Source: a virus (taxonomy: Duplodnaviria; Caudoviricetes). From it: 61,550 nt of DNA. Shown here in pieces: positions 30,134 through 38,040 of the stretch. Numbering within the stretch: the stretch's first letter is position 1; each line of letters starts with the position of its first letter. The notes under the pieces were generated by a model. It was not told the origin of the DNA, searched no databases, and saw nothing but the letters and a program-made list of their open reading frames with translations. The stretch lies in IMG/VR virus record IMGVR_UViG_3300027833_001904, positions 1 to 61,550 of that record; one strand, 5' to 3'. Both the position numbers and the translations under genes were made by a program.

Positions 30134-30319
30134 ATGGCAACCAATTTCTTTGGTGCTTGGGCAGGACTCTTCAATGGCGCACGTAAGACACGTGTAAAAT
30201 ATGAGGCTGAACTGCTAAAGTACGCGAAAACAGAATACACAAATGACTGGCAGTATGCATATCAGCATATGTTAGATAACAACGGACACGGTCCACGAGA
30301 AGTGAGTGTATACCGATGA
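30134..30319 (+). CDS. Small protein
   Basis: AAGGAG RBS; ELLKYAKTEYTNDWQYAY. Confidence 0.75.
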   Translation: MATNFFGAWAGLFNGARKTRVKYEAELLKYAKTEYTNDWQYAYQHMLDNNGHGPREVSVYR

Positions 30320-30492
30320 TTAAACATATTATAAAACGTTATAATAAAATGATGCTAAACCGCGAAGAGTCTTATCTAGCAAACTCATGCGATTTAGTTG
30401 AACTAGAAAGACGTCAACGAGAGATTCAACGTGGGAATGCACCATGGCAAAAACCACTATTAACAACCCCAAATTTAAGAGGACATGTATAA
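30316..30492 (+). CDS. DUF3563-like small protein (not in ORF track)
   Basis: ATGA overlap; EESYLANSCDLVELERRQREI. Confidence 0.7.
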   Translation: MIKHIIKRYNKMMLNREESYLANSCDLVELERRQREIQRGNAPWQKPLLTTPNLRGHV

Positions 30493-30683
30493 TGACAACA
30501 ACAGTATTATATAACACTACATGTAGAGTATGTGAAACAATTAAACTAGGCTTAATAACAGCCGCTATGGCAATATGGGCATTTGGTGAAAGTGCCGGTA
30601 GAGCAAGAGCAGCAACTGAACTAGCACGCCAAGGCTACCATAAGGAAGCACGTAATTTGATGATTGGAAACAACGATGTTTAA
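30492..30683 (+). CDS. Small protein
   Basis: TAATG overlap; FGESAGRARAATELARQGY. Confidence 0.7.
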   Translation: MTTTVLYNTTCRVCETIKLGLITAAMAIWAFGESAGRARAATELARQGYHKEARNLMIGNNDV

Positions 30684-30810
30684 AAAGTTTTTAAAAGCAA
30701 TGGAATACAGAAGTTATTGCATGAGCATACAGCAACTTAGAGATATGGGCGAGTTTGAAAAAGCTAACGAGATATCTGAGTTTAAACATAACATGTATCC
30801 TACCCACTAA
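30676..30810 (+). CDS. Small protein (44 aa, not in ORF track)
   Basis: MFKKFLKAMEYRSYCMSIQQLRDMG..., overlapping the previous stop. Confidence 0.6.
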   Translation: MFKKFLKAMEYRSYCMSIQQLRDMGEFEKANEISEFKHNMYPTH

Positions 30811-30821
30811 GGAATGATGAA

Positions 30822-30995
30822 ATGAAATTAATTAGAACACTAAAAAACTTGATGGCACCCAGCTATGATAGAAAAGGCGCTCGTGCTTTACATAGCATGA
30901 CCGACAGAGAGCTTCAAGACATAGGAATATGTCGTGGAGATATTAACAGAATGTGTAGGACACAAGCTGAATTTAATAGAAAACAGCAGATGTAA
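30822..30995 (+). CDS. DUF1127 (YjiS-like) small protein (not in ORF track)
   Basis: ALHSMTDRELQDIGICRGDI signature. Confidence 0.85.
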   Translation: MKLIRTLKNLMAPSYDRKGARALHSMTDRELQDIGICRGDINRMCRTQAEFNRKQQM

Positions 30996-31017
30996 CCATA
31001 TAGTTTATCTTTACATT

Positions 31018-31054
31018 AAAAGTCGTATACTGTTCCCTCGGTATGCGGCTTTTT
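31018..31054 (+). terminator. Intrinsic terminator with GTTCCCTC loop
   Basis: AGTCGTATACT-GTTCCCTC-GGTATGCGGCT followed by TTTT. Confidence 0.8.
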
Positions 31055-31088
31055 CTTTATATACAGTTTTAATCGGCTAAATAGTAGT

Positions 31089-32066
31089 ATGAGTAAAGTT
31101 AATCTAATACCACAAATAGTAGAATTATTACAAGCAACACAATCACAAGAAAGAAAACTTGAGATTGTAAAAAAGTATGAAAAAGAATCACTTTTTAAAC
31201 GAATTGTTTTATTTTCGTATAATCCTTGGATAAATTATAAATTACAGCATTTTGTTCCTAAACACATGGGCAAAAAGTTTGGATTTGGCATGAGTAAATT
31301 TATGCATATGTTTGAAGAAATTATTGAAGGGCAACTTGATCCAAAGGATGCTGAATTTGGATTTAATATGGCATTCTTACATGTTAACACAGAAGAAGCT
31401 CCTATATTGCTAGGCATAGTTAACCAGTCATTGGACCTTGGATTAGACATAGAAACAATTAATACAGTTTGGCCTGGGTCTATATCTGAATATCCTATAC
31501 GTATAGCAAAACCAGGAACTTATAAAACCTTTGATAAATTTCCAGCATCATTGCAAACAGTAAGTAAAGGATTACGTGTTAATATTATTATTAGAGATAA
31601 TACAGTTCAATATAGACAAAAAGATGGCACTGTAATCGAAGAATGGACGCATTGGGATGAACAGTTTATTAATCTTGCACAAGGACAAGGAACTGTATTT
31701 GACGGTCATGCCGTAGTTGCAAAAAATAATAAGATATCAGAAACAGACAACACTAAGGTGTTAGAAGCAGATGTCGAAGATATAAGATTTATATTCTGGG
31801 ATGTAATACGTTATGATGGATTTATAAAAGGCAAAGATACACGCATAGGTTACAACTGGCGTTACAATGGACTTGAACATATGATGATGTTAGCGTATGC
31901 AAAGAATCCGCAACCATGTTATGATATATTGAAAGCAGAAATGATAGGCTCAAGTGAACAACTGTCTACTGCTATAAAAAATTACAGCAAAGCAGTTATT
32001 AAGTCATTAGATGATACTTGGGCACATGGCGAAAGCGATGATGAAATTATTTTTTCTCGGAAATAA
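31089..32066 (+). CDS. ATP-dependent DNA ligase-like protein with degenerate catalytic motifs
   Basis: T4 gp30-like N-terminus; VSKGLRV in place of KxDGxR; VFDGH; FWDVI; no OB domain apparent. Confidence 0.65.
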   Translation: MSKVNLIPQIVELLQATQSQERKLEIVKKYEKESLFKRIVLFSYNPWINYKLQHFVPKHMGKKFGFGMSKFMHMFEEIIEGQLDPKDAEFGFNMAFLHVNTEEAPILLGIVNQSLDLGLDIETINTVWPGSISEYPIRIAKPGTYKTFDKFPASLQTVSKGLRVNIIIRDNTVQYRQKDGTVIEEWTHWDEQFINLAQGQGTVFDGHAVVAKNNKISETDNTKVLEADVEDIRFIFWDVIRYDGFIKGKDTRIGYNWRYNGLEHMMMLAYAKNPQPCYDILKAEMIGSSEQLSTAIKNYSKAVIKSLDDTWAHGESDDEIIFSRK

Positions 32067-32367
32067 TTTGTTCTAGTCTATGATTATTTTGCACTCTTGT
32101 ATTTCTTATGTAACGCCAAATTTTACCTCTGCCGTTATCAACTTCAAATATAGTTTCTGAATAACCTATACTAATAATAGTAGCACGTTCACCATCTAAA
32201 TATACTACATCTCCGGGTTCAAACCCAGGTTTCATTTTCCAGCGTATACTTGCTACTACATCACTTACTAATTCCTTAAACCATAATGCAATAATACCTG
32301 ATATTAGTAATGCTAATACTGGTGTTAAATATGCAGTTATGCCTGCTTCTAATAATGATTGGTCCAT
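32047..32367 (-). CDS. MscS-like small membrane protein
   Basis: TM helix plus FEPGDVVYLDGERATIISIG beta domain. Confidence 0.65.
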   Translation of the reverse strand: MDQSLLEAGITAYLTPVLALLISGIIALWFKELVSDVVASIRWKMKPGFEPGDVVYLDGERATIISIGYSETIFEVDNGRGKIWRYIRNTRVQNNHRLEQIISEKK

Positions 32368-32370
32368 AAT

Positions 32371-32772
32371 TTATTCCTCTTCTATTTTAGTATTTTTATA
32401 TACTTGATCATTAAACGACTTACCTTTAACTCCACATTCTTTAATACAGATAGGTGAAGGATTGTCACTTTCCCAACCCTCATAATTTATGTATGATTTA
32501 TATATTGGGTGTTCTAGAATTTCATCCCATGTATTTTTGGTTAAGTCGTTAAAATCGGGATCGTCTTTTAACAGTTTAGCTAATTTTTCATCTGGGTTAG
32601 TTCCAGCACTTTTGGTATTCCATCCTTGTATCCAAACACAACATGGCCATAGTTTACCATCATGATCAACTTCCATTTCTCTTTGTAATACATAAGGGTC
32701 TAAATCTTTACGTTGATCTTTTTCATCAAGTTTTACAGTTCGCATACAATTTGGTTTTATTAAATGTTTCAT
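32371..32772 (-). CDS. Stand-alone SPASM/twitch-like domain protein
   Basis: PNC...VDHDGKLWPCC...ICIKEC. Confidence 0.75.
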   Translation of the reverse strand: MKHLIKPNCMRTVKLDEKDQRKDLDPYVLQREMEVDHDGKLWPCCVWIQGWNTKSAGTNPDEKLAKLLKDDPDFNDLTKNTWDEILEHPIYKSYINYEGWESDNPSPICIKECGVKGKSFNDQVYKNTKIEEE

Positions 32773-33038
32773 TACCAGTCCCATCTCCAAGGCAGTATTG
32801 AATAACCTAACATATTAAAATACATTTCAATTAGATACGTGAATAATATAAAGAAAGTTGTTTTAACTATAAATCTCCACGGTTGAGGTAAACTATTCTG
32901 CCATCTATTGAATCTACTTCCTTGGACTTTCTCTTCTAGATTATTTTTAGTCCATATCTTTTCTGCCCACCAGCCTGCATCTAAAATATTTTTTAGCATA
33001 ATAACTGGCCAGAATATAATTTTAATTATACGTTTCAT
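32772..33038 (-). CDS. Small Trp-rich membrane protein
   Basis: Hydrophobic segments; coupled to both neighbours. Confidence 0.65.
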   Translation of the reverse strand: MKRIIKIIFWPVIMLKNILDAGWWAEKIWTKNNLEEKVQGSRFNRWQNSLPQPWRFIVKTTFFILFTYLIEMYFNMLGYSILPWRWDW

Positions 33039-33679
33039 TTCAACTCCTCTATAAGTTCTTTACATGCTGCTTTGTTTTCATCACTTATTAAACCTAGACT
33101 ACGGTTGTTAAATTTAAAGTTAATATTAATACCATGTTCTTTTGCCATTGCATACGCCTCAGTAACTTCTTGCCAATTCCATTCAAAAATAAGAAAGTGC
33201 CATTCCATTTCAGCATCTGTTTTTGCCATTGCTATCATATTATCCATAGCCCGTTGCCAATCCACACCTTCTCTATATTTCCAATTACTCTCATGGGTTA
33301 TACCATCTATCCCAAAAATTATCACAAATCCATGGCCATGCTTGTTGCCCATCTTAGTATACCAGTCTGGAGTTCTTAGTCCGCCATTTGTATTGATAAT
33401 AAGTCTATTTACGCTTTCTTTAGATAATGCACGATCAACAAATTTTGTTATATCAGGATGCATCATAGGATCGCCTAGCTCTCCGCAAAATTGAATAGTT
33501 TTTAATTTATCAGGAGAACCAGTAAGCACCTTATCAAATAAATCATAGGGCATATGGCTAGGAATTAACCAATCTTCGGGTTGACCTGTGTCTTGGTTAG
33601 TTCGTTGGCAGCTTCTGCATCTTGCCTGACAATATGTCGTAATAGCAAAATCAGTCCATATTATAGGCTCATGTATCAT
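33035..33679 (-). CDS. Radical SAM protein, core domain only (paralogue 3)
   Basis: CQARCRSC, GELGDP, NTNGG, FGIDG; likely start ATG 33679. Confidence 0.88.
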   Translation of the reverse strand: MIHEPIIWTDFAITTYCQARCRSCQRTNQDTGQPEDWLIPSHMPYDLFDKVLTGSPDKLKTIQFCGELGDPMMHPDITKFVDRALSKESVNRLIINTNGGLRTPDWYTKMGNKHGHGFVIIFGIDGITHESNWKYREGVDWQRAMDNMIAMAKTDAEMEWHFLIFEWNWQEVTEAYAMAKEHGININFKFNNRSLGLISDENKAACKELIEELK

Positions 33680-33684
33680 ACTTG

Positions 33685-33699
33685 TATTTAGCATAAATA
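33685..33699. promoter_or_regulatory. Back-to-back divergent late promoters
   Basis: TATTTA-GCA-TAAATA between divergent genes. Confidence 0.65.
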
Positions 33700-33726
33700 A
33701 GTATGTAGTTAATAAAAGGACAACAT

Positions 33727-34494
33727 GTGAATTATTTAAATAATTGTCACAAATATAGACAAGACATTATAGACAGGTTTGAACCTGCTTATGTAATGGA
33801 AAAGTTTTTCTCTGATAATGACTTGCAAAAACTTATGGACTATCAGTTCCAAAATGCAAAGCGTGTAAAAGCAAGAGTAACGGGTATGAACATACAAAGT
33901 GTTGTAAGTGTGCAAAAGATGTTCAGAGAAAACCAATGGCTTGCTGATAAATTTACAGAAGCATTGGGAGAGTTCGATGAAGTATTAACAGGTAATTTTT
34001 ATATTACTATAATGCACCACGATGCTCATGTGGATTTAATCAATGAAGATGAAGAAAACGATCCAGTGTTCCATAACCTAATACCTTGGAAAAGTGTAGT
34101 GTTTCCAATATTCCTATCAGACAATGCAGACTGCTACACAGCATTTATGGATCAACGTAGAATAGGATATGCAGCCACATTTGATAGAATATCATTAACT
34201 GATCAAGGCGATAGTAGTTATAAACTGTTTAGAGATTATGATGGATTCTTAGATGTAAATGGAAATCCATTACCAAGCACAAATGATAGTCCAGGATGGA
34301 CCGAAGAAAAGTATCCAATACTACCTAAAGAAAACTTTAGTGGATTTAGTGAAGAAGCAATATTTAAACAAAAAATGGGAGATGTTATGGTTTTTGATGC
34401 ATGTCAAGTTCATGCTAGTTGTCAACTTCCAGGTTCTAATTCACATTGGATGAAAAACGGCATGAATATTCAATTCTATAAGTCTGCAAGGTAA
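33727..34494 (+). CDS. Putative 2OG-Fe(II) oxygenase-fold protein (paralogue of 11267-12016)
   Basis: HDAHVD...FDACQVHAS...KNGMNIQFY. Confidence 0.6.
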   Translation: MNYLNNCHKYRQDIIDRFEPAYVMEKFFSDNDLQKLMDYQFQNAKRVKARVTGMNIQSVVSVQKMFRENQWLADKFTEALGEFDEVLTGNFYITIMHHDAHVDLINEDEENDPVFHNLIPWKSVVFPIFLSDNADCYTAFMDQRRIGYAATFDRISLTDQGDSSYKLFRDYDGFLDVNGNPLPSTNDSPGWTEEKYPILPKENFSGFSEEAIFKQKMGDVMVFDACQVHASCQLPGSNSHWMKNGMNIQFYKSAR

Positions 34495-34504
34495 ATACAA
34501 GTGG

Positions 34505-34533
34505 TTGCAATATACCACAACATGTAGTATAAT
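34505..34533 (+). promoter_or_regulatory. Sigma70-type promoter for iscSU
   Basis: TTGCAA-17nt-TATAAT. Confidence 0.65.
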
Positions 34534-34572
34534 ATAACATTAAATATTCACACTTTCGGATTAATTATTACT

Positions 34573-35787
34573 ATGACATCTCCAACATACATGGATTATT
34601 CAGCAACAACACCGGTAGACCACCGAGTTGCAGAGAAAATGGCAGAGTGCCTATCAATAGAAGGCACCTTTGGAAACCCGGCATCTCGCTCACATTATTA
34701 TGGGTGGCAAGCCGAAGCGGCAGTAGACAAAGCACGTAAACAAGTAGCAGATTTAGTAGGAGCAGATCCTAAAGAAATAGTATGGACATCTGGTGCTACC
34801 GAATCAAACAACTTAGCACTTAAAGGTATTGCACACTTTTATAAAAAGCGTGGCAATCATATTATTACGCTAAAAACAGAACACAAGGCAATACTAGATA
34901 CTTGCCGTCAACTAGAGCGTGAAGGATTTGAAGTTACATACATGAGTCCATTACCTAGTGGACTATTAGACATTGAAGAATTAAAAGCTACAATACGAGA
35001 AGATACAATACTAGCTTCATTTATGCATGTTAATAATGAGATTGGTGTTATACAAGACTTACAAGTTATTGGTGATATTTGCAGAGAACGTAAAGTATTC
35101 TTTCATGTTGATGCATCACAATCAGTTGGTAAACTTCCAATAAACTTAACAGAACTTCCAGTTGACTTAATGAGTTTTTCAGCACACAAGATATATGGGC
35201 CAAAAGGAATGGGAGCTCTTTATGTATCACGCAAGCCACGAGTTAGACTTGAGGCGCAGATGCATGGTGGTGGACACGAACGTGGAATGCGATCAGGCAC
35301 ATTAGCTACACATCAAATTGTTGGCATGGGCGAAGCATTTGCAATTGCACAAGAAATGATGGCAGACGAAGAAGTTAGAACACGTGGACTTAGAGATAGG
35401 TTATACGCTGGCTTCTCTGACATGGAAGAAGTAAAAGTAAATGGCGATATGGAACAACGTATTGGCAATAACTTAAATATTAGTTTTAATCATGTAGAAG
35501 GCGAATCGCTAATGATGGCAATAAACGGCATTGCAGTATCATCAGGATCAGCATGCACATCAGCAAGTTTAGAACCTTCTTACGTTCTTAGAGCAATAGG
35601 ATTACCAGATGAATTATCTGCTAGTTCAATACGTTTTAGTGTAGGACGCTTTACAACAGAAAAAGATGTTGACAATGCAATTACACTTGTTAGACAAAAA
35701 GTAGAAAAATTAAGAGAACTATCGCCACTATGGGATATGTATAAAGATGGAATTGATTTAAACACAGTAGTATGGGCTGCTCATTAG
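34573..35787 (+). CDS. iscS: Cysteine desulfurase
   Basis: [27 protein letters not shown] (PLP lysine), SSGSACTS. Confidence 0.97.
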   Translation: MTSPTYMDYSATTPVDHRVAEKMAECLSIEGTFGNPASRSHYYGWQAEAAVDKARKQVADLVGADPKEIVWTSGATESNNLALKGIAHFYKKRGNHIITLKTEHKAILDTCRQLEREGFEVTYMSPLPSGLLDIEELKATIREDTILASFMHVNNEIGVIQDLQVIGDICRERKVFFHVDASQSVGKLPINLTELPVDLMSFSAHKIYGPKGMGALYVSRKPRVRLEAQMHGGGHERGMRSGTLATHQIVGMGEAFAIAQEMMADEEVRTRGLRDRLYAGFSDMEEVKVNGDMEQRIGNNLNISFNHVEGESLMMAINGIAVSSGSACTSASLEPSYVLRAIGLPDELSASSIRFSVGRFTTEKDVDNAITLVRQKVEKLRELSPLWDMYKDGIDLNTVVWAAH

Positions 35788-35816
35788 AGTAGTCTTAAAT
35801 AATATAGGATAAGATT

Positions 35817-36227
35817 ATGGCATATTCAGACAAAGTAATGGATCATTATGAGAACCCACGTAATGTAGGTAAGTTTGATCCCAAAGAAAGTAATATTGGA
35901 ACAGGAATGGTTGGAGCTCCTGCTTGCGGTGATGTAATGAGATTACAAATTCAAGTAGAAGATGGTATTATTACTGATGCTAAATTTAAAACATATGGTT
36001 GTGGTAGTGCAATTGCAAGTAGCAGTTTACTAACTACAATGGTAAAAGGTATGAATTTAGAAGAAGCTGGTGCAATCCAAAACATGGACCTTGCAGATGA
36101 ACTTGCATTACCTCCAGTTAAGATTCACTGTAGTGTATTAGCCGAAGATGCAATTAAATCTGCAATAGCAGATTATCAAGGCAAAAACCCAGTGCCAGAA
36201 GGCGCCAATTATTTTGAAATTAAATAA
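35817..36227 (+). CDS. iscU: Fe-S cluster scaffold protein
   Basis: MAYSDKVMDHYENPRNVG, APACGD, GCGSA, LPPVKIHC. Confidence 0.97.
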   Translation: MAYSDKVMDHYENPRNVGKFDPKESNIGTGMVGAPACGDVMRLQIQVEDGIITDAKFKTYGCGSAIASSSLLTTMVKGMNLEEAGAIQNMDLADELALPPVKIHCSVLAEDAIKSAIADYQGKNPVPEGANYFEIK

Positions 36228-36230
36228 AGG

Positions 36231-36261
36231 TTGACATTTTATACACTTTCGTGTATAAATA
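36231..36261 (+). promoter_or_regulatory. Overlapping sigma70 and late promoter for tmRNA
   Basis: TTGACA-17nt-TATAAA, where the -10 is also a perfect TATAAATA. Confidence 0.75.
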
Positions 36262-36266
36262 ACATT

Positions 36267-36560
36267 GTAACGTTGAAGCGATTTGACGACTATACTGGAC
36301 CTCGGGGCAGTACCGAGCAGCTCCACCAAAAACATACTAGTGTCCAGTTAAGTTTGGAACACATCTGATAAAGTGGCTAGTATGTTTTTGATGGGGCTGA
36401 ACTAGGATCGACAGGTAGGATAGATGAGTGGAGTTACCGGGATGTAAGCGCCGTTACCGCGAACAAACTTTATAATTGCAAATAACAATTATGCGCCAGA
36501 AATGGCATTAGCAGCCTAGAGTTGCTATGAGGTAACTATACCTTATTACCCAAACTAGTA
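36267..36560 (+). ncRNA. ssrA: Circularly permuted (two-piece) tmRNA, tag ANNNYAPEMALAA
   Basis: Acceptor piece with T-arm and CAGCTCCACCA (ends 36328) precedes GGGGCTGAA 5' end (36393); tag frame 36478-36519; outer ends approximate. Confidence 0.92.
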
Positions 36561-36561
36561 G

Positions 36562-36588
36562 AAAGGGTGTCTTAGGGCACCCTTTTTT
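36562..36588 (+). terminator. Intrinsic terminator after tmRNA
   Basis: AAAGGGTGTC-TTAG-GGCACCCTTTTTT. Confidence 0.88.
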
Positions 36589-36606
36589 GAGGCAATAAAT
36601 ACTAGC

Positions 36607-37650
36607 ATGATATATTCCAAGAAGCCATTAATATTACAATTAGAATTAAGCAGTATGTGTAATGCATTATGCTTAGGCTGTCAGCGTGTCGATCCAAATA
36701 CATTTAACAGTGTGCATCCAGATATCCCTAAAAAGGAAATGATATCAGTTGATACAATACACAAATTAATGAATAGCCCAGCAATGGCTAGTATAGAGGA
36801 AATACAATTTTGTGGAACAATAGACGAGCCACTAATGCATCCAAATTTTATGGAAATACTAGATGTTATGTATGAAGCGAATCCAGAACTAGACATAGAA
36901 ATACATACAAATGCAAGTTTAAGGACAACTGAATTTTGGAGAGACCTAGCACATAAGTTATCCAAGTTTAAGAAACATAAAGTATTATTTGGCATAGATG
37001 GGTTAGTTGACACACATGAAATATATAGACAGCAAACAAATTTTGATCTCATTATTAGAAATGCAGTGCATTTTATACGTGCAGGCGGGAATGCACAATG
37101 GCAGTATATTATCTTTCCATGGAATAAACATCAAGTAGAAGAAGCACGTAACATGAGTAATAGTTTAGGATTTAAGGAATTTAAAACTCGTAATGATAGA
37201 AGTGGAGTAAGCGAAGAAGGACTTGACTTAGTAAGAGAAATACAACAAAATCCAACAACTAGTAAAGAAGGAACAGATGTGAGTATATACAATGGGTATG
37301 CGATTAGTTGTATGAATCACGATGAAGACATGTATCATGTTTCATACGATGGCAGACTTTGGCCTTGTTGCTATTTTGGTAATGTAAAGTATATGGGTCC
37401 AAAATTGTATAACGAATTTAAGCAGAGAATATTTGGAGTGTATGGCGAAGATTTTAATTTACTTACCAAACACACAGTAGAAGAAATATTAGATTCAGAT
37501 TTATATAAAAACGATTTAGTAGAGTCTTGGAATAATCCAATAGGTTGCGGCAGTAAAGATAAAGTAAATCGTTGTGCAATGTCGTGTAGTGTAAAAGCAC
37601 TTGAAACCAGACCAATTGCAACAGCACATAAAATTACAGAAAACTTTTAA
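36607..37650 (+). CDS. Radical SAM protein with SPASM/twitch domain (paralogue 4)
   Basis: CNALCLGC, HTNAS, FGIDG, YDGRLWPCC, RCAMSC. Confidence 0.9.
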   Translation: MIYSKKPLILQLELSSMCNALCLGCQRVDPNTFNSVHPDIPKKEMISVDTIHKLMNSPAMASIEEIQFCGTIDEPLMHPNFMEILDVMYEANPELDIEIHTNASLRTTEFWRDLAHKLSKFKKHKVLFGIDGLVDTHEIYRQQTNFDLIIRNAVHFIRAGGNAQWQYIIFPWNKHQVEEARNMSNSLGFKEFKTRNDRSGVSEEGLDLVREIQQNPTTSKEGTDVSIYNGYAISCMNHDEDMYHVSYDGRLWPCCYFGNVKYMGPKLYNEFKQRIFGVYGEDFNLLTKHTVEEILDSDLYKNDLVESWNNPIGCGSKDKVNRCAMSCSVKALETRPIATAHKITENF

Positions 37651-37657
37651 AAAACAC

Positions 37658-37686
37658 TTGACAAGTTGTATAACATAATGTATATT
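37658..37686 (+). promoter_or_regulatory. Sigma70-type promoter of the tRNA array
   Basis: TTGACA-17nt-TATATT. Confidence 0.75.
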
Positions 37687-37704
37687 AGTTATATAAATTG
37701 AAGT

Positions 37705-37779
37705 TGGAAAGTAGCATAACGGTAATGCATCACTTTTTGGTAGTGCAGATTATAGGTTCGAATCCTATCTTTCCAGCCA
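37705..37779 (+). tRNA. tRNA-Gln(UUG)
   Basis: TGGAAAG/CTTTCCA acceptor; CACT-TTTTGGT-AGTG; GCCA end. Confidence 0.9.
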
Positions 37780-37783
37780 CACT

Positions 37784-37858
37784 GCACCCTTCGTCTATCG
37801 GTTAGGACACACGGTTTTCATCCGTGCAAGAGGAGTTCGATTCTCCTAGGGTGTACCA
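37784..37858 (+). tRNA. tRNA-Glu(UUC)
   Basis: CACGG-TTTTCAT-CCGTG; GTTCGATTC; CCA. Confidence 0.94.
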
Positions 37859-37865
37859 ACATTAT

Positions 37866-37941
37866 TCCTTCTTAGCTCAGTTGGTAGAGCAATTGACTGT
37901 TAATCAATTTGTCGCTGGTTCGAGCCCAGCAGAAGGAGCCA
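37866..37941 (+). tRNA. tRNA-Asn(GUU)
   Basis: TCCTTCT/AGAAGGA; ATTGA-CTGTTAA-TCAAT; GCCA. Confidence 0.96.
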
Positions 37942-37948
37942 ATAATAC

Positions 37949-38038
37949 GGAAGATTGGCTGAGTGGTCGAAAGCACCGGTTTACTAAACCGACGAAGGGG
38001 TAACTCTTCCTAGGGTTCGAATCCCTAATCTTCCGCCA
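37949..38038 (+). tRNA. tRNA-Ser(ACU), class II
   Basis: GGAAGAT/ATCTTCC; CGGT-TTACTAA-ACCG; long variable arm; G73; CCA. Confidence 0.9.
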
Positions 38039-38040
38039 AA

